From: an archaeon | GTDB taxonomy: Archaea > Nanobdellota > Nanobdellia > Pacearchaeales > GW2011-AR1 | DNA length: 59,788 nucleotides | Direction of reading: 5' to 3' | Assembly (NCBI GenBank): GCA_043821945.1 | Contig: JBDRCH010000011.1 | Span: forward strand, 1-59,788 | Part shown: positions 18,579 to 26,395 of the stretch, piece after piece | Layout of the letters: every line of letters starts with the position of its first letter | Position numbering within the stretch: position 1 is the stretch's first letter | Notes under the pieces: generated by a model | What the model saw: the letters and a program-made list of their open reading frames with translations, nothing else | Database searches by the model: none | Told to the model about the DNA's origin: nothing | Program-made: the position numbers and the translations under genes

Positions 18579-19229
18579 TTATTCCACCACCATAATCTGT
18601 TTAATTAAAACATTTATATCTTTTCCACTAACTTCAATACTCACCATTTTTCTTTCAGATTTTATTTTTTTTATAATCCCCTTTTTACCTGCGTGTTTGC
18701 CTGCAAAGATAATAATCTTAGATTTTTCCTTTAAGGGAAGAACTTTCTCAATTTTTCTGTCTTTAAAGTTAATTAAAACAGAATCATTAACATTACATTT
18801 CGAATCAGAAATAAAATTTACACCATAACCCAAATTAATTTGCTGTTTTTTACCTCTTAATGTTTTTTTATCAACAACTTTAGCTACTTTCATATTTGCT
18901 TCGCTCTCTTTAATTTCTTCAAGCCCGAATTTTCCATAATTATTTAATACAATTCTATAATTTTTCTTTGAAGGTATAATCTTTATAACATCCATTAAAA
19001 CTGCAGATTTTTTCTCATCTCGAATAAACTTATTATTATGCAAAACATTTTTTTCATGAATTGCTCTTTTTGCTTCTTTTCTATTTCGCGCAATTTTCAG
19101 AATATCCCTAAGTATGATTAGTATAGGAAGCCCCTTATTCGCACTAAAGTTAGGTCTAACTACAAAAGTCGTGCCTTTTCTTTTTATTGGCCAATTCTTT
19201 GGAACTTCTTGTCTTTTTAGGTGTGCCAT
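18579..19229 (-). CDS. rps4e: Ribosomal protein eS4
   Basis: Likely start is MAHLKRQEVPKNWPIKRKG (ATG 19229); the track start at 19256 overlaps the upstream gene. A KOW-like region is present. Confidence 0.85.
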   Translation of the reverse strand: MAHLKRQEVPKNWPIKRKGTTFVVRPNFSANKGLPILIILRDILKIARNRKEAKRAIHEKNVLHNNKFIRDEKKSAVLMDVIKIIPSKKNYRIVLNNYGKFGLEEIKESEANMKVAKVVDKKTLRGKKQQINLGYGVNFISDSKCNVNDSVLINFKDRKIEKVLPLKEKSKIIIFAGKHAGKKGIIKKIKSERKMVSIEVSGKDINVLIKQIMVVE

Positions 19230-19236
19230 TTTATTT

Positions 19237-19632
19237 TTAAGCCCCCATATATTCATTTAATAATTTAATTGCGTAAGTTTGAATTTCATGGTGGTTGATA
19301 AAGTTATGTCTAGATTTTTTTAAAACATCTTTTATAAACTTATTTAATTGAGGGTTAGTTTTATAGATCTGTTCGCTAATATTATCTAATTCACTTTCAA
19401 TTCTACTTACTTCCTGAGGATTGCAAAAAAAGGTATTATAACTTGGAACTCCATGTCCTGCTTCATGGATGACTGTCTTTATTTGTTCTTTTTCATTTTT
19501 TCTTAAATTAATAAAACAAATAAACAAGTCTTTTTCTGCAATTCCCTTTCCAAAATAATTTAAGTCTGATTCGAAAAAATAAGTATTTTCTGGTTTCATG
19601 TTATCCAAAATAAAGTATATTTTTTGTTCCAT
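19237..19632 (-). CDS. Small HExxH protein (131 aa), putative mini zinc metallopeptidase
   Basis: VIHEAGHGV motif, with no TM helix and no signal peptide. Its start shares 1 nt with the uL24 stop (TAATG). Confidence 0.5.
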   Translation of the reverse strand: MEQKIYFILDNMKPENTYFFESDLNYFGKGIAEKDLFICFINLRKNEKEQIKTVIHEAGHGVPSYNTFFCNPQEVSRIESELDNISEQIYKTNPQLNKFIKDVLKKSRHNFINHHEIQTYAIKLLNEYMGA

Positions 19633-20129
19633 TATTTCTTTTCTCCTTTGTTGCCCTTTTTATCTTTTGATTCTTTCATTTTATCTTTAGCCTTTTTAGG
19701 TGTTTTAATCTTTTCCTTTGTTTCTATTGGTTCTTTTTCTTCTTCTGTTTTGTCAATTTTTAATTTTTTTATTCTCTTTTTATCTTCTAAATTTAATTCA
19801 ATAATTTGCAAATTTGAAGGCTGCAACATTACATTGACTTTTGAACCATCCATTTTTTTAATCTGAATATTTTCAATAGCTACTCTTGATTTCTTCAAAT
19901 TAACTAAGGTAATTTTTCCTGATTTACCTTTGAATTTTCCACGCATAATTTTAATTTTATCATCTTTTCTTACAGAAATGTTTCTTCTCCCGTGTTTCTT
20001 TCTTAATTCCTTTGACAAATTAACATTCAAAAATTTCTTTTTAATATGCAACGGGGCATTAGTTAGATATTTTCTCTGCTTTCGGGGTTGCTTGCTTGCT
20101 TTCCACTTTGTTGAAAATTTTGATTTCAT
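19632..20129 (-). CDS. rpl24: Ribosomal protein uL24 with K/E-rich C-terminal extension
   Basis: KOW core VRKDDKIKIMRGKFKGKSGKI, followed by a lysine/glutamate-rich tail of about 50 aa. Confidence 0.9.
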   Translation of the reverse strand: MKSKFSTKWKASKQPRKQRKYLTNAPLHIKKKFLNVNLSKELRKKHGRRNISVRKDDKIKIMRGKFKGKSGKITLVNLKKSRVAIENIQIKKMDGSKVNVMLQPSNLQIIELNLEDKKRIKKLKIDKTEEEKEPIETKEKIKTPKKAKDKMKESKDKKGNKGEKK

Positions 20130-20131
20130 TT

Positions 20132-20533
20132 TTAATAAACTACACTTGCTATCTTTGCCACAGATGGCCAGCGCTCTTGTACCTCCCTTGCAATAGGTCC
20201 TTTAATTTGAGTTGCTTTTGGATTCCCTTTTTCATCTTTTAAAATTGCAACAGCATTATCTTCAAATGAAACCCTTTCTCCATCAAGTCTTCTATAAGAT
20301 CTCTTTTGTCTTATAACAACAGCATCGAAAACTTTTCCTTTCATATCTGGAAGACCTTTTCTAACACTCACTTTAACCCAATCGGCAATCTTTGCATAGC
20401 CTTGACGAGACTTCTTACTTTTTCCCTTTTTAACAGAAACAAGTTTCACTATCTTTGCACCACTATTATCTGCTGCAATCATCTTACATCCAAGATTTAA
20501 TGCTCTTGTTGGTTTAGCTGATACTGCTTTCAT
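20132..20533 (-). CDS. rpl14: Ribosomal protein uL14
   Basis: ADNSGAKIVKLVSV...AVVIRQKRSYRRLDGERVSFEDNAVAIL. Confidence 0.92.
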   Translation of the reverse strand: MKAVSAKPTRALNLGCKMIAADNSGAKIVKLVSVKKGKSKKSRQGYAKIADWVKVSVRKGLPDMKGKVFDAVVIRQKRSYRRLDGERVSFEDNAVAILKDEKGNPKATQIKGPIAREVQERWPSVAKIASVVY

Positions 20534-20796
20534 TTTATTAACTCTGCCTCCATACTCACGGAATAACTTTCTCTATTGGATAAATCTATTCCTAGTGATT
20601 TTGCAAATTCAATAGTTTTAAAATATTTTTGATAAGCCTCATGATATAATCCTTCATGTCCTTTTTTACCCTGATTTCTCTCAAGAAATTCTTCATAATT
20701 TTCTATTAACCTCAATAGGTTTTCACTATTCAATCTCTTGAGTTCGATAAATTTTTTACTCAAAATAATTTTATCTAAAATATCTATGCTTTTCAT
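20530..20796 (-). CDS. Orphan, apparently helical protein (88 aa) between uS17 and uL14
   Basis: ORF with 4-nt overlaps at both ends with the flanking r-protein genes. Confidence 0.5.
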   Translation of the reverse strand: MKSIDILDKIILSKKFIELKRLNSENLLRLIENYEEFLERNQGKKGHEGLYHEAYQKYFKTIEFAKSLGIDLSNRESYSVSMEAELIK

Positions 20797-21179
20797 TGTT
20801 CCTTTTCCTCATTATCTTTAATTTTTTCAATAACCACAAAATGAATTATTTTACTTAATGGTCTGCACTCTTGTATTTTAACAAAATCTCCAATATGAAT
20901 TTTTTTCTCCATGCAAACAGGAAGTCTTGCATGAATCTTTGTTCTTGATTTAGCATATCTTTCATATTTTCTAACATAGATCATTCTTTCAAATTCAATT
21001 GCAATTCTTTTTTGAAATTTTTTGATAACTCTTCCTTCAAAAATTCTCCCTCTAAGTTTGAGATTTCCATGAATATGGCAATCTTTATCTTTGCATATAG
21101 CTCCAACTAATTTTTTCTCTTCCATTTTCTTCTCTGTTTTTTCTTTCATTTTTATTCTCTTTTGTTTGTGCGTGCTCAC
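20793..21179 (-). CDS. rps17: Ribosomal protein uS17
   Basis: GRVIKKFQKRIAIEFERMIYVRKYERYAKSRTKIHARLP...GDFVKIQECRPLSK. Confidence 0.9.
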   Translation of the reverse strand: MSTHKQKRIKMKEKTEKKMEEKKLVGAICKDKDCHIHGNLKLRGRIFEGRVIKKFQKRIAIEFERMIYVRKYERYAKSRTKIHARLPVCMEKKIHIGDFVKIQECRPLSKIIHFVVIEKIKDNEEKEQ

Positions 21180-21475
21180 TCGCTTATGGATTTTTCATCA
21201 AACCCATGTTTGACCAGCATTCCCTTGATCTTTTTTCTGTGGTCTCCTTGGAGTTCAATTGAATTATCTTTGTAAGTCCCACCACAAGCCAGCTCATTTT
21301 TCAGAGCTTTTGTGATTTTCTTTACATCAATTCCGCTCTCAAATCCTGTGACAAGAGTAACGATTTTTCCATATCGTTTTTTGTCTGTTGTCACTTTTAT
21401 TTTCTGCGAACTTTTCACAATCTGTTCACACACACAGGCCTGCTCAGGCAAGCCACATTTTGGACATATTTCCAT
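21176..21475 (-). CDS. eif1: Translation initiation factor SUI1/aIF1
   Basis: Likely start is MEICPKCGLPEQACVCE (ATG 21475, directly after the uL29 stop). SUI1 core KRYGKIVTLVTGF...LACGGTYKDNSIELQGDHRKKI. Confidence 0.85.
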   Translation of the reverse strand: MEICPKCGLPEQACVCEQIVKSSQKIKVTTDKKRYGKIVTLVTGFESGIDVKKITKALKNELACGGTYKDNSIELQGDHRKKIKGMLVKHGFDEKSISE

Positions 21476-21476
21476 G

Positions 21477-21659
21477 TTATTTATCTTGTTCAACTCCCTT
21501 CTTATCAAGGTTGTTGAATGTGTGTATTCTTGCAATCATCTTTCTAATCTGTTTTGTTTTTGAACTTCCTGGCTTTGACTTAATTAATTCCATTTTTAGG
21601 TCTTTTAATTTCTTTTCCCTATCTGCTTTACTTAATTTTTGAATATCTTTTGATTTCAT
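21477..21659 (-). CDS. rpl29: Ribosomal protein uL29
   Basis: MKSKDIQKLSKADREKKLKDLKMELIKSK...IRKMIARIHT. Confidence 0.85.
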   Translation of the reverse strand: MKSKDIQKLSKADREKKLKDLKMELIKSKPGSSKTKQIRKMIARIHTFNNLDKKGVEQDK

Positions 21660-22474
21660 TTTCCTCTCTCCTCACTTTTAACTTCTTCACTTAAATTGGC
21701 TTCACCTTGTGGCTCATGATTTTTTTCATTAACTTTTACATCTCCTGAAGCATCATCTTCAGCTATTTTCTCTTCAACTTCTTCTTTAATTTTCTTTTTC
21801 ACAGTTTTTTTCTTAGTTGTTTCTTTCAATCCCTTAATCAATTTCTCAGATTCAGAACCTTCTTTTAATTTTGTTAACATTTCTTCATCAATTGTTATTC
21901 TATCTTTTAATATAGCATGAGGGGAAAGTATACTAACTTTTATTCCAACTGTTCCTGGTTTTGTTTCTGCTCTTGCTTTTGCTCTATTAACAACTTTTGC
22001 ACTGTCCCCTGTTTTTTTTAAATAACCTTGTGCAAATCTCCATGGTTTGGCCCTTTTTCCAGGAAGTTTTCCATTCAATCTTATTTCCACCCCAAGAGCT
22101 CCGGCATTAATAATTCTCTGAAGAGTTTTATATGCAATAACTTTAAATCTAATAGGACCAAATCTTTCTAAAGCAAGTGCAATGTCATCTGCCATTACTT
22201 GTGCATCAAACTCTGGTTTTTTTATTTCTTCAATTTCAATGCTCAGGTTTTCAAGTTTAAACCGACTTTTTAATACTTTTGTCAATTCCTCTATTTTTTC
22301 TCCTTTTCTTCCAATAACTAATCCAGGTTTGTGTGTAGAAATAATTATCTTTTCTCCAACAGGGGTATATTGAATCTTCACATCGCTGATTTTTCCTTTT
22401 CCAAGTGATTTTTTAATATATTCTCTAACTGCAAATTCTCTTTTCTTTGCTTTAACTACTTCTCTTTCTTCCAT
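21656..22474 (-). CDS. rps3: Ribosomal protein uS3 with K/E-rich C-terminal extension
   Basis: KH domain (VIGRKGEKIEELTKVLK) plus the uS3 C-domain. About 60 aa of charged tail. Confidence 0.9.
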   Translation of the reverse strand: MEEREVVKAKKREFAVREYIKKSLGKGKISDVKIQYTPVGEKIIISTHKPGLVIGRKGEKIEELTKVLKSRFKLENLSIEIEEIKKPEFDAQVMADDIALALERFGPIRFKVIAYKTLQRIINAGALGVEIRLNGKLPGKRAKPWRFAQGYLKKTGDSAKVVNRAKARAETKPGTVGIKVSILSPHAILKDRITIDEEMLTKLKEGSESEKLIKGLKETTKKKTVKKKIKEEVEEKIAEDDASGDVKVNEKNHEPQGEANLSEEVKSEERGK

Positions 22475-22519
22475 ATTAATTTATTTCCTCCAATTCTAAT
22501 TTAATTGTTTTTTCTTCCA

Positions 22520-23161
22520 TTATTTTTTCTCCTTAATTTTTTTATTTAATTTATTGATAGCTTTTTTTTCTCTGGCTTTAATTGTGATATGAGTTCGTTT
22601 TTTTCGCACTCTCCCGAATTTCCCATAAGGTCTTTCACCAATGTTGGCAATCGCTTCAGTAATCACAGGATTTTCAACATCGTGATTCTCTGCATTTGAT
22701 TTCAAACTTTTCAAGATTCTAATAAAATTTTCAGAAGCTCTTTTTGGAAATCTTCCTGACATTATTTTTCCTTTTCTGTGAGGAATTTCTCCTTTCATAG
22801 GCACAGCTTTTTTCAATAAAATAACTTGTTCTAAATCATCAATTGCTTTATCAATTTTTTTATATTTAATAAATTTACAAATATCTCTTGAATATTTTGT
22901 TGATATTGGAACATTGCTGATATTAACACTCACTTCTGTTTTCTTAACTTTGGCTCTTTTTACAATTGTTTTTTTCTTTTCTTTTGATTCAGTTTCCTCT
23001 GATTTTTCTAACTTCTCAGTTTCTTTAGATTCAGAAGTTTTAGTCTCAGAAAGAATTTTCTTTTGAATTGACTTTTGGGCAACAGCTTGTTTTTTTGGTT
23101 TTTCAATTATTCCTTCTTGTTTTTTTTGTGCAATTGTCGTTGGTTTTTCTGTGTTTGGCAT
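22520..23161 (-). CDS. rpl22: Ribosomal protein uL22 with about 80-aa K/E/S-rich N-terminal extension
   Basis: Likely start is MPNTEKP (ATG 23161, just after the uS19 stop at 23163). Core ISTKYSRDICKFIKYKKIDKAIDDLEQV...HITIKAREK. Confidence 0.85.
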   Translation of the reverse strand: MPNTEKPTTIAQKKQEGIIEKPKKQAVAQKSIQKKILSETKTSESKETEKLEKSEETESKEKKKTIVKRAKVKKTEVSVNISNVPISTKYSRDICKFIKYKKIDKAIDDLEQVILLKKAVPMKGEIPHRKGKIMSGRFPKRASENFIRILKSLKSNAENHDVENPVITEAIANIGERPYGKFGRVRKKRTHITIKAREKKAINKLNKKIKEKK

Positions 23162-23162
23162 T

Positions 23163-23561
23163 TTATTTTTTACTCTTATGTTTACTTCCTTTAGTTGCTC
23201 CAACACCTGCTTTACTATGCTTGATTCTTGCACGAGTTGGCGCGAATTCCCCAAAAGTGTGACCCAGTTTTTCACCAGTCACTTCACAAGGAACAAATTT
23301 ATTTCCATTATAAATAAATATTTTCCATCCAATCATTGTAGGAACAACAACCAAATCTCTGGAATGTGTTTTTATTGCTTTGTTTTTTTGAATCTTGATC
23401 TTAGATCTATTGATAAAATTCTCTATTTTTTGAAAATTTCTAAGAAGAGTTCTTCTCTGTCTTGATCGCAAAAATTCTGCAAACCCTCTTACATCTAACT
23501 TGTTTAATTCTTCAATTGTTTTTCCTTTATAAGTGAATTCTTTTTTTGTTAGTTCTTCCAT
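23163..23561 (-). CDS. rps19: Ribosomal protein uS19
   Basis: HSRDLVVVPTMIGWKIFIYNGNKFVPCEVTGEKLGHTFGEFAPTR. Confidence 0.92.
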   Translation of the reverse strand: MEELTKKEFTYKGKTIEELNKLDVRGFAEFLRSRQRRTLLRNFQKIENFINRSKIKIQKNKAIKTHSRDLVVVPTMIGWKIFIYNGNKFVPCEVTGEKLGHTFGEFAPTRARIKHSKAGVGATKGSKHKSKK

Positions 23562-23562
23562 T

Positions 23563-24255
23563 TTATTTTTTCTTTCCTGTTCTTCTTGGCCTTAACAATC
23601 CTACTCTTCTTCCAGGTGGAGCATTTCTCTTTGCAATCTTGCTCTTTGGATTCTTTGAACGGCCAGATCCAAAAGGATGATCAATTGCATTCATCTTCAC
23701 AGCTGAAGTTCTCGGCCATAATTTACTTTTTGATTTTTTCATATGATATTTTTTCCCTGCTTTGATAATTGGCTTGTCTAATCTTCCTGCACCAGCAATA
23801 ATTCCAATAGAAGCTCTACAATTTTTATGAAACTTCTTTTCCTTTTTTGAAGGCATCACAACAAATATATGATCTCCAATAACTTTATTAATCATAGCCG
23901 AATTACCTGCACTCTTAATAAAAACCCCTCCATCTCCAGGTCTTGATTCAATATTGTTAATTCTTGTTTTCAAAGGAATATCTTTTAATTTCAAAATACT
24001 CCCTTTTTCAAATTTATCAAAACTAATTTTTTGCCCTTCATACATTCCTTTGAATGCAGGAATATAAAAACTTCCTTTTGGATATTTTATCTTTGCTAAA
24101 GGCGCAGTATGTGCACTTGAATTAAATAACTTAACAACAATCCCTTCTCCTGAAAGTTGCTTAGGATATTGCAACTTATATCTAAACGCTTTCTTCTTTA
24201 CTCTATAAGTGTGCGTTCCTCGTCCTCGTCTTTGTGTTATTATTCTCTTTCCCAT
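23563..24255 (-). CDS. rpl2: Ribosomal protein uL2
   Basis: SRPGDGGVFIKSAGNSA...WPRTSAVKMNAIDHPFGSGR. Confidence 0.95.
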   Translation of the reverse strand: MGKRIITQRRGRGTHTYRVKKKAFRYKLQYPKQLSGEGIVVKLFNSSAHTAPLAKIKYPKGSFYIPAFKGMYEGQKISFDKFEKGSILKLKDIPLKTRINNIESRPGDGGVFIKSAGNSAMINKVIGDHIFVVMPSKKEKKFHKNCRASIGIIAGAGRLDKPIIKAGKKYHMKKSKSKLWPRTSAVKMNAIDHPFGSGRSKNPKSKIAKRNAPPGRRVGLLRPRRTGKKK

Positions 24256-24256
24256 T

Positions 24257-24499
24257 TTACATCAATCCTAATTTTGTAGCTACATCAATAGCTGGAAATT
24301 CCTTTTTTAATTTAACATAAACGTATTTCTTATTTCCTTTAATTAATGTTCTAATTCTCTCAACCTTCAGTTTAAATAATTCTTCAATTTCTTTTTTAAT
24401 ATCTTCTTTAGTCTCATTCATACTAGTTACAAATTTCAAAACATTTGCAAGTTCAATCATCATAACTGCTTTTTCAGTTACTATTGGTTTTAGTTTCAT
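24257..24499 (-). CDS. rpl23: Ribosomal protein uL23
   Basis: PIVTEKAVMMIELANVLKFVTSMNETKEDIKKEIEELFKLKVERI. Confidence 0.9.
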   Translation of the reverse strand: MKLKPIVTEKAVMMIELANVLKFVTSMNETKEDIKKEIEELFKLKVERIRTLIKGNKKYVYVKLKKEFPAIDVATKLGLM

Positions 24500-24687
24500 T
24501 TTGTTTCCCCACTATATTTTTTTCTAATTCTCATTTCATCTTCTAAATTAATAGCTAAGGGGTATTTTTTAGTCAATTCTTCTTTTGTCCCTATGCTTTT
24601 GACTTTTCCCTCTCCGCATAATAAATATATCTTTTCACCTTCAGGTGTTGTTCTTACCGGATAAATCATTGGTTCTCCCTCATTCAT
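24496..24687 (-). CDS. Orphan protein (63 aa) coupled to the exonuclease and uL23
   Basis: ORF with 4-nt overlaps on both sides. No motif recognised. Confidence 0.5.
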   Translation of the reverse strand: MNEGEPMIYPVRTTPEGEKIYLLCGEGKVKSIGTKEELTKKYPLAINLEDEMRIRKKYSGETK

Positions 24688-25331
24688 TTTCTCAAAACCT
24701 CCGGCATTTCAAATTTAGCAAATTCTGAAAATAAATTCTTTCCAAATACTAATCTATTAAAACACTCACCAGTTAATTTAGCATCTTCTAAAGCATTGTG
24801 GGGTTTACCTTCTTTTTCAACTTCGTTCCCATCTAAAATTATTCTATTGTCTTTTATTCCACAAAATTCTAAAACTTTATGCAATCCCATGTCCCCTCTT
24901 CCATCTTCTTTAATTGCAAAATCTCCCTTGGTTTCTAAATGTTCTAATTGAGCAATAGAATAAGTATCTAACCCCTTGTATCCAATTGTTTTTATGAATT
25001 GATTAGAGATTTCATATCTGCTACATTTATTTTGTAAGATATTAAAATCCCATCCAATATTATGCCCAATAATAATTCTATCCTTACATCTTTTAGCCCA
25101 TTCTAAAAAATTCAATATTAATTGTTTTTGAGATTGTTTATTTGAGTTTCTCATTTCTTCTTCTGATCTTCCTGTAATTTTTATTGCCCCTTCTTCAACT
25201 AAATCTTCATCATCAATTCTTGATTCTTCTAAAAATTGGTTTTCAGGATTTTCAATTTCAAATGCACCAATTTGCCAAATTCCACATTTTCCAGTATCAA
25301 CTCCACTTGATTCAATATCTAAGACTATCAT
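24684..25331 (-). CDS. DEDDh 3'-5' exonuclease (DnaQ/RNase T superfamily) embedded between uL4 and uL23
   Basis: Exo I MIVLDIESSG (DxE), Exo II IIGHNIGWDFNIL, Exo III HNALEDAKLTGECF (Hx4D). 4-nt overlap with the uL4 stop. Confidence 0.8.
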   Translation of the reverse strand: MIVLDIESSGVDTGKCGIWQIGAFEIENPENQFLEESRIDDEDLVEEGAIKITGRSEEEMRNSNKQSQKQLILNFLEWAKRCKDRIIIGHNIGWDFNILQNKCSRYEISNQFIKTIGYKGLDTYSIAQLEHLETKGDFAIKEDGRGDMGLHKVLEFCGIKDNRIILDGNEVEKEGKPHNALEDAKLTGECFNRLVFGKNLFSEFAKFEMPEVLRK

Positions 25332-26122
25332 TTCAACTTCTCCCTCAAATTTTTAATTGCATCTTCAGTATAAACAGTTAATCTTCCTACGCCACCTTTT
25401 GCTAAGTCATTAATATTCAATTCCTTAACTTTGACAATATCAAAAGCATTTGATTTTAACTTTTCTTCATTTCCAATAACAATTAATAATCCTGCATTAT
25501 TCTTATATTTTCTTCCTCGAAGTTTTCCAATTCCTGCCCTAACACTTTTCTTCTTCAAGGCTAATTTGAATAATTTTTTGCCTAAGATATTCTTCAAACT
25601 ATTAATCAAATCCTTTATCTTTAAGGAACTCAATTTAGATTCAACAACAAAAGGAACATTTTTTTCTAATCTATCAAGACTTTCATATTTCTTTACAATT
25701 TTCTTGTTATCAGCTGTTGCACTAATTGCAGAAATTAAAGCAATTTTCATTTCTTTTTTATTTATCTTTAATGTGTTCAACATTGAAATTGATTTTGGAG
25801 GATGAGCTCTTCTACCCCCCCGAGTATTAGGAACTGTTGCGCCTTCTACTCTAAACTGAGATCCTTTTCTTGAAAATATTTTTCTAGGAATTCTTGACCA
25901 ACCTCTTCCATACTGGGACTTCCAAACATGTCTCCGATGATTCCATTTACCACTTGCAGAAGCCTGATTTCCTGCTATAGGCGAAGAACCATAAGGCTGT
26001 TTAACTTTTTTTGCTTCTATTACCTTAGCAACAATATCTTCACGAATTTCTGAAGAAAAACATTTAGGCAAATCAATATCTCCTTTTTCTTTTCCATTTA
26101 TATCAAGTATTTTTGTTTTCAT
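25328..26122 (-). CDS. rpl4: Ribosomal protein uL4
   Basis: SASGKWNHRRHVWKSQYGRGWSRIPRK...RGGRRAHPPK...IGKLRGRKYK. Confidence 0.9.
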   Translation of the reverse strand: MKTKILDINGKEKGDIDLPKCFSSEIREDIVAKVIEAKKVKQPYGSSPIAGNQASASGKWNHRRHVWKSQYGRGWSRIPRKIFSRKGSQFRVEGATVPNTRGGRRAHPPKSISMLNTLKINKKEMKIALISAISATADNKKIVKKYESLDRLEKNVPFVVESKLSSLKIKDLINSLKNILGKKLFKLALKKKSVRAGIGKLRGRKYKNNAGLLIVIGNEEKLKSNAFDIVKVKELNINDLAKGGVGRLTVYTEDAIKNLREKLK

Positions 26123-26140
26123 TTCAAAATCTCCACCGAC

Positions 26141-26395
26141 TCACATTGTATGTTTTTGACCACAAATACCATAATTAGGAGTAAACCCTCCCTCTAATTC
26201 AATAGAGTCATTTTCTTTAAGATGATATGTTCTTAGATTATCAATAGTTGCTCCAGGGGAAGTTTTACCTTTTATAATTAATTTATCCTGAAAGATAAAT
26301 TTTACAATTCCTTCAAAATCTCCTATAGTAATTTCTTCTTCAATTTCAAATTCATCTAATTTTCTTATCATAGCTTTTTCAAAATTCAGATTCAT
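26141..26395 (-). CDS. Orphan protein (84 aa) between uL3 and uL4
   Basis: ORF with a 4-nt overlap on the uL3 stop. Beta-rich appearance and no motif recognised. Confidence 0.5.
   Translation of the reverse strand: MNLNFEKAMIRKLDEFEIEEEITIGDFEGIVKFIFQDKLIIKGKTSPGATIDNLRTYHLKENDSIELEGGFTPNYGICGQKHTM

Noticed and set aside
22475-22519. 14-codon mini-ORF (MEEKTIKLELEEIN) bridging the uL22 stop and uS3 start.
   Set aside because: The spacer contains a GGAGG Shine-Dalgarno-like element for uS3. The mini-ORF is most simply a by-product of that spacer, and nothing suggests it is a functional peptide.
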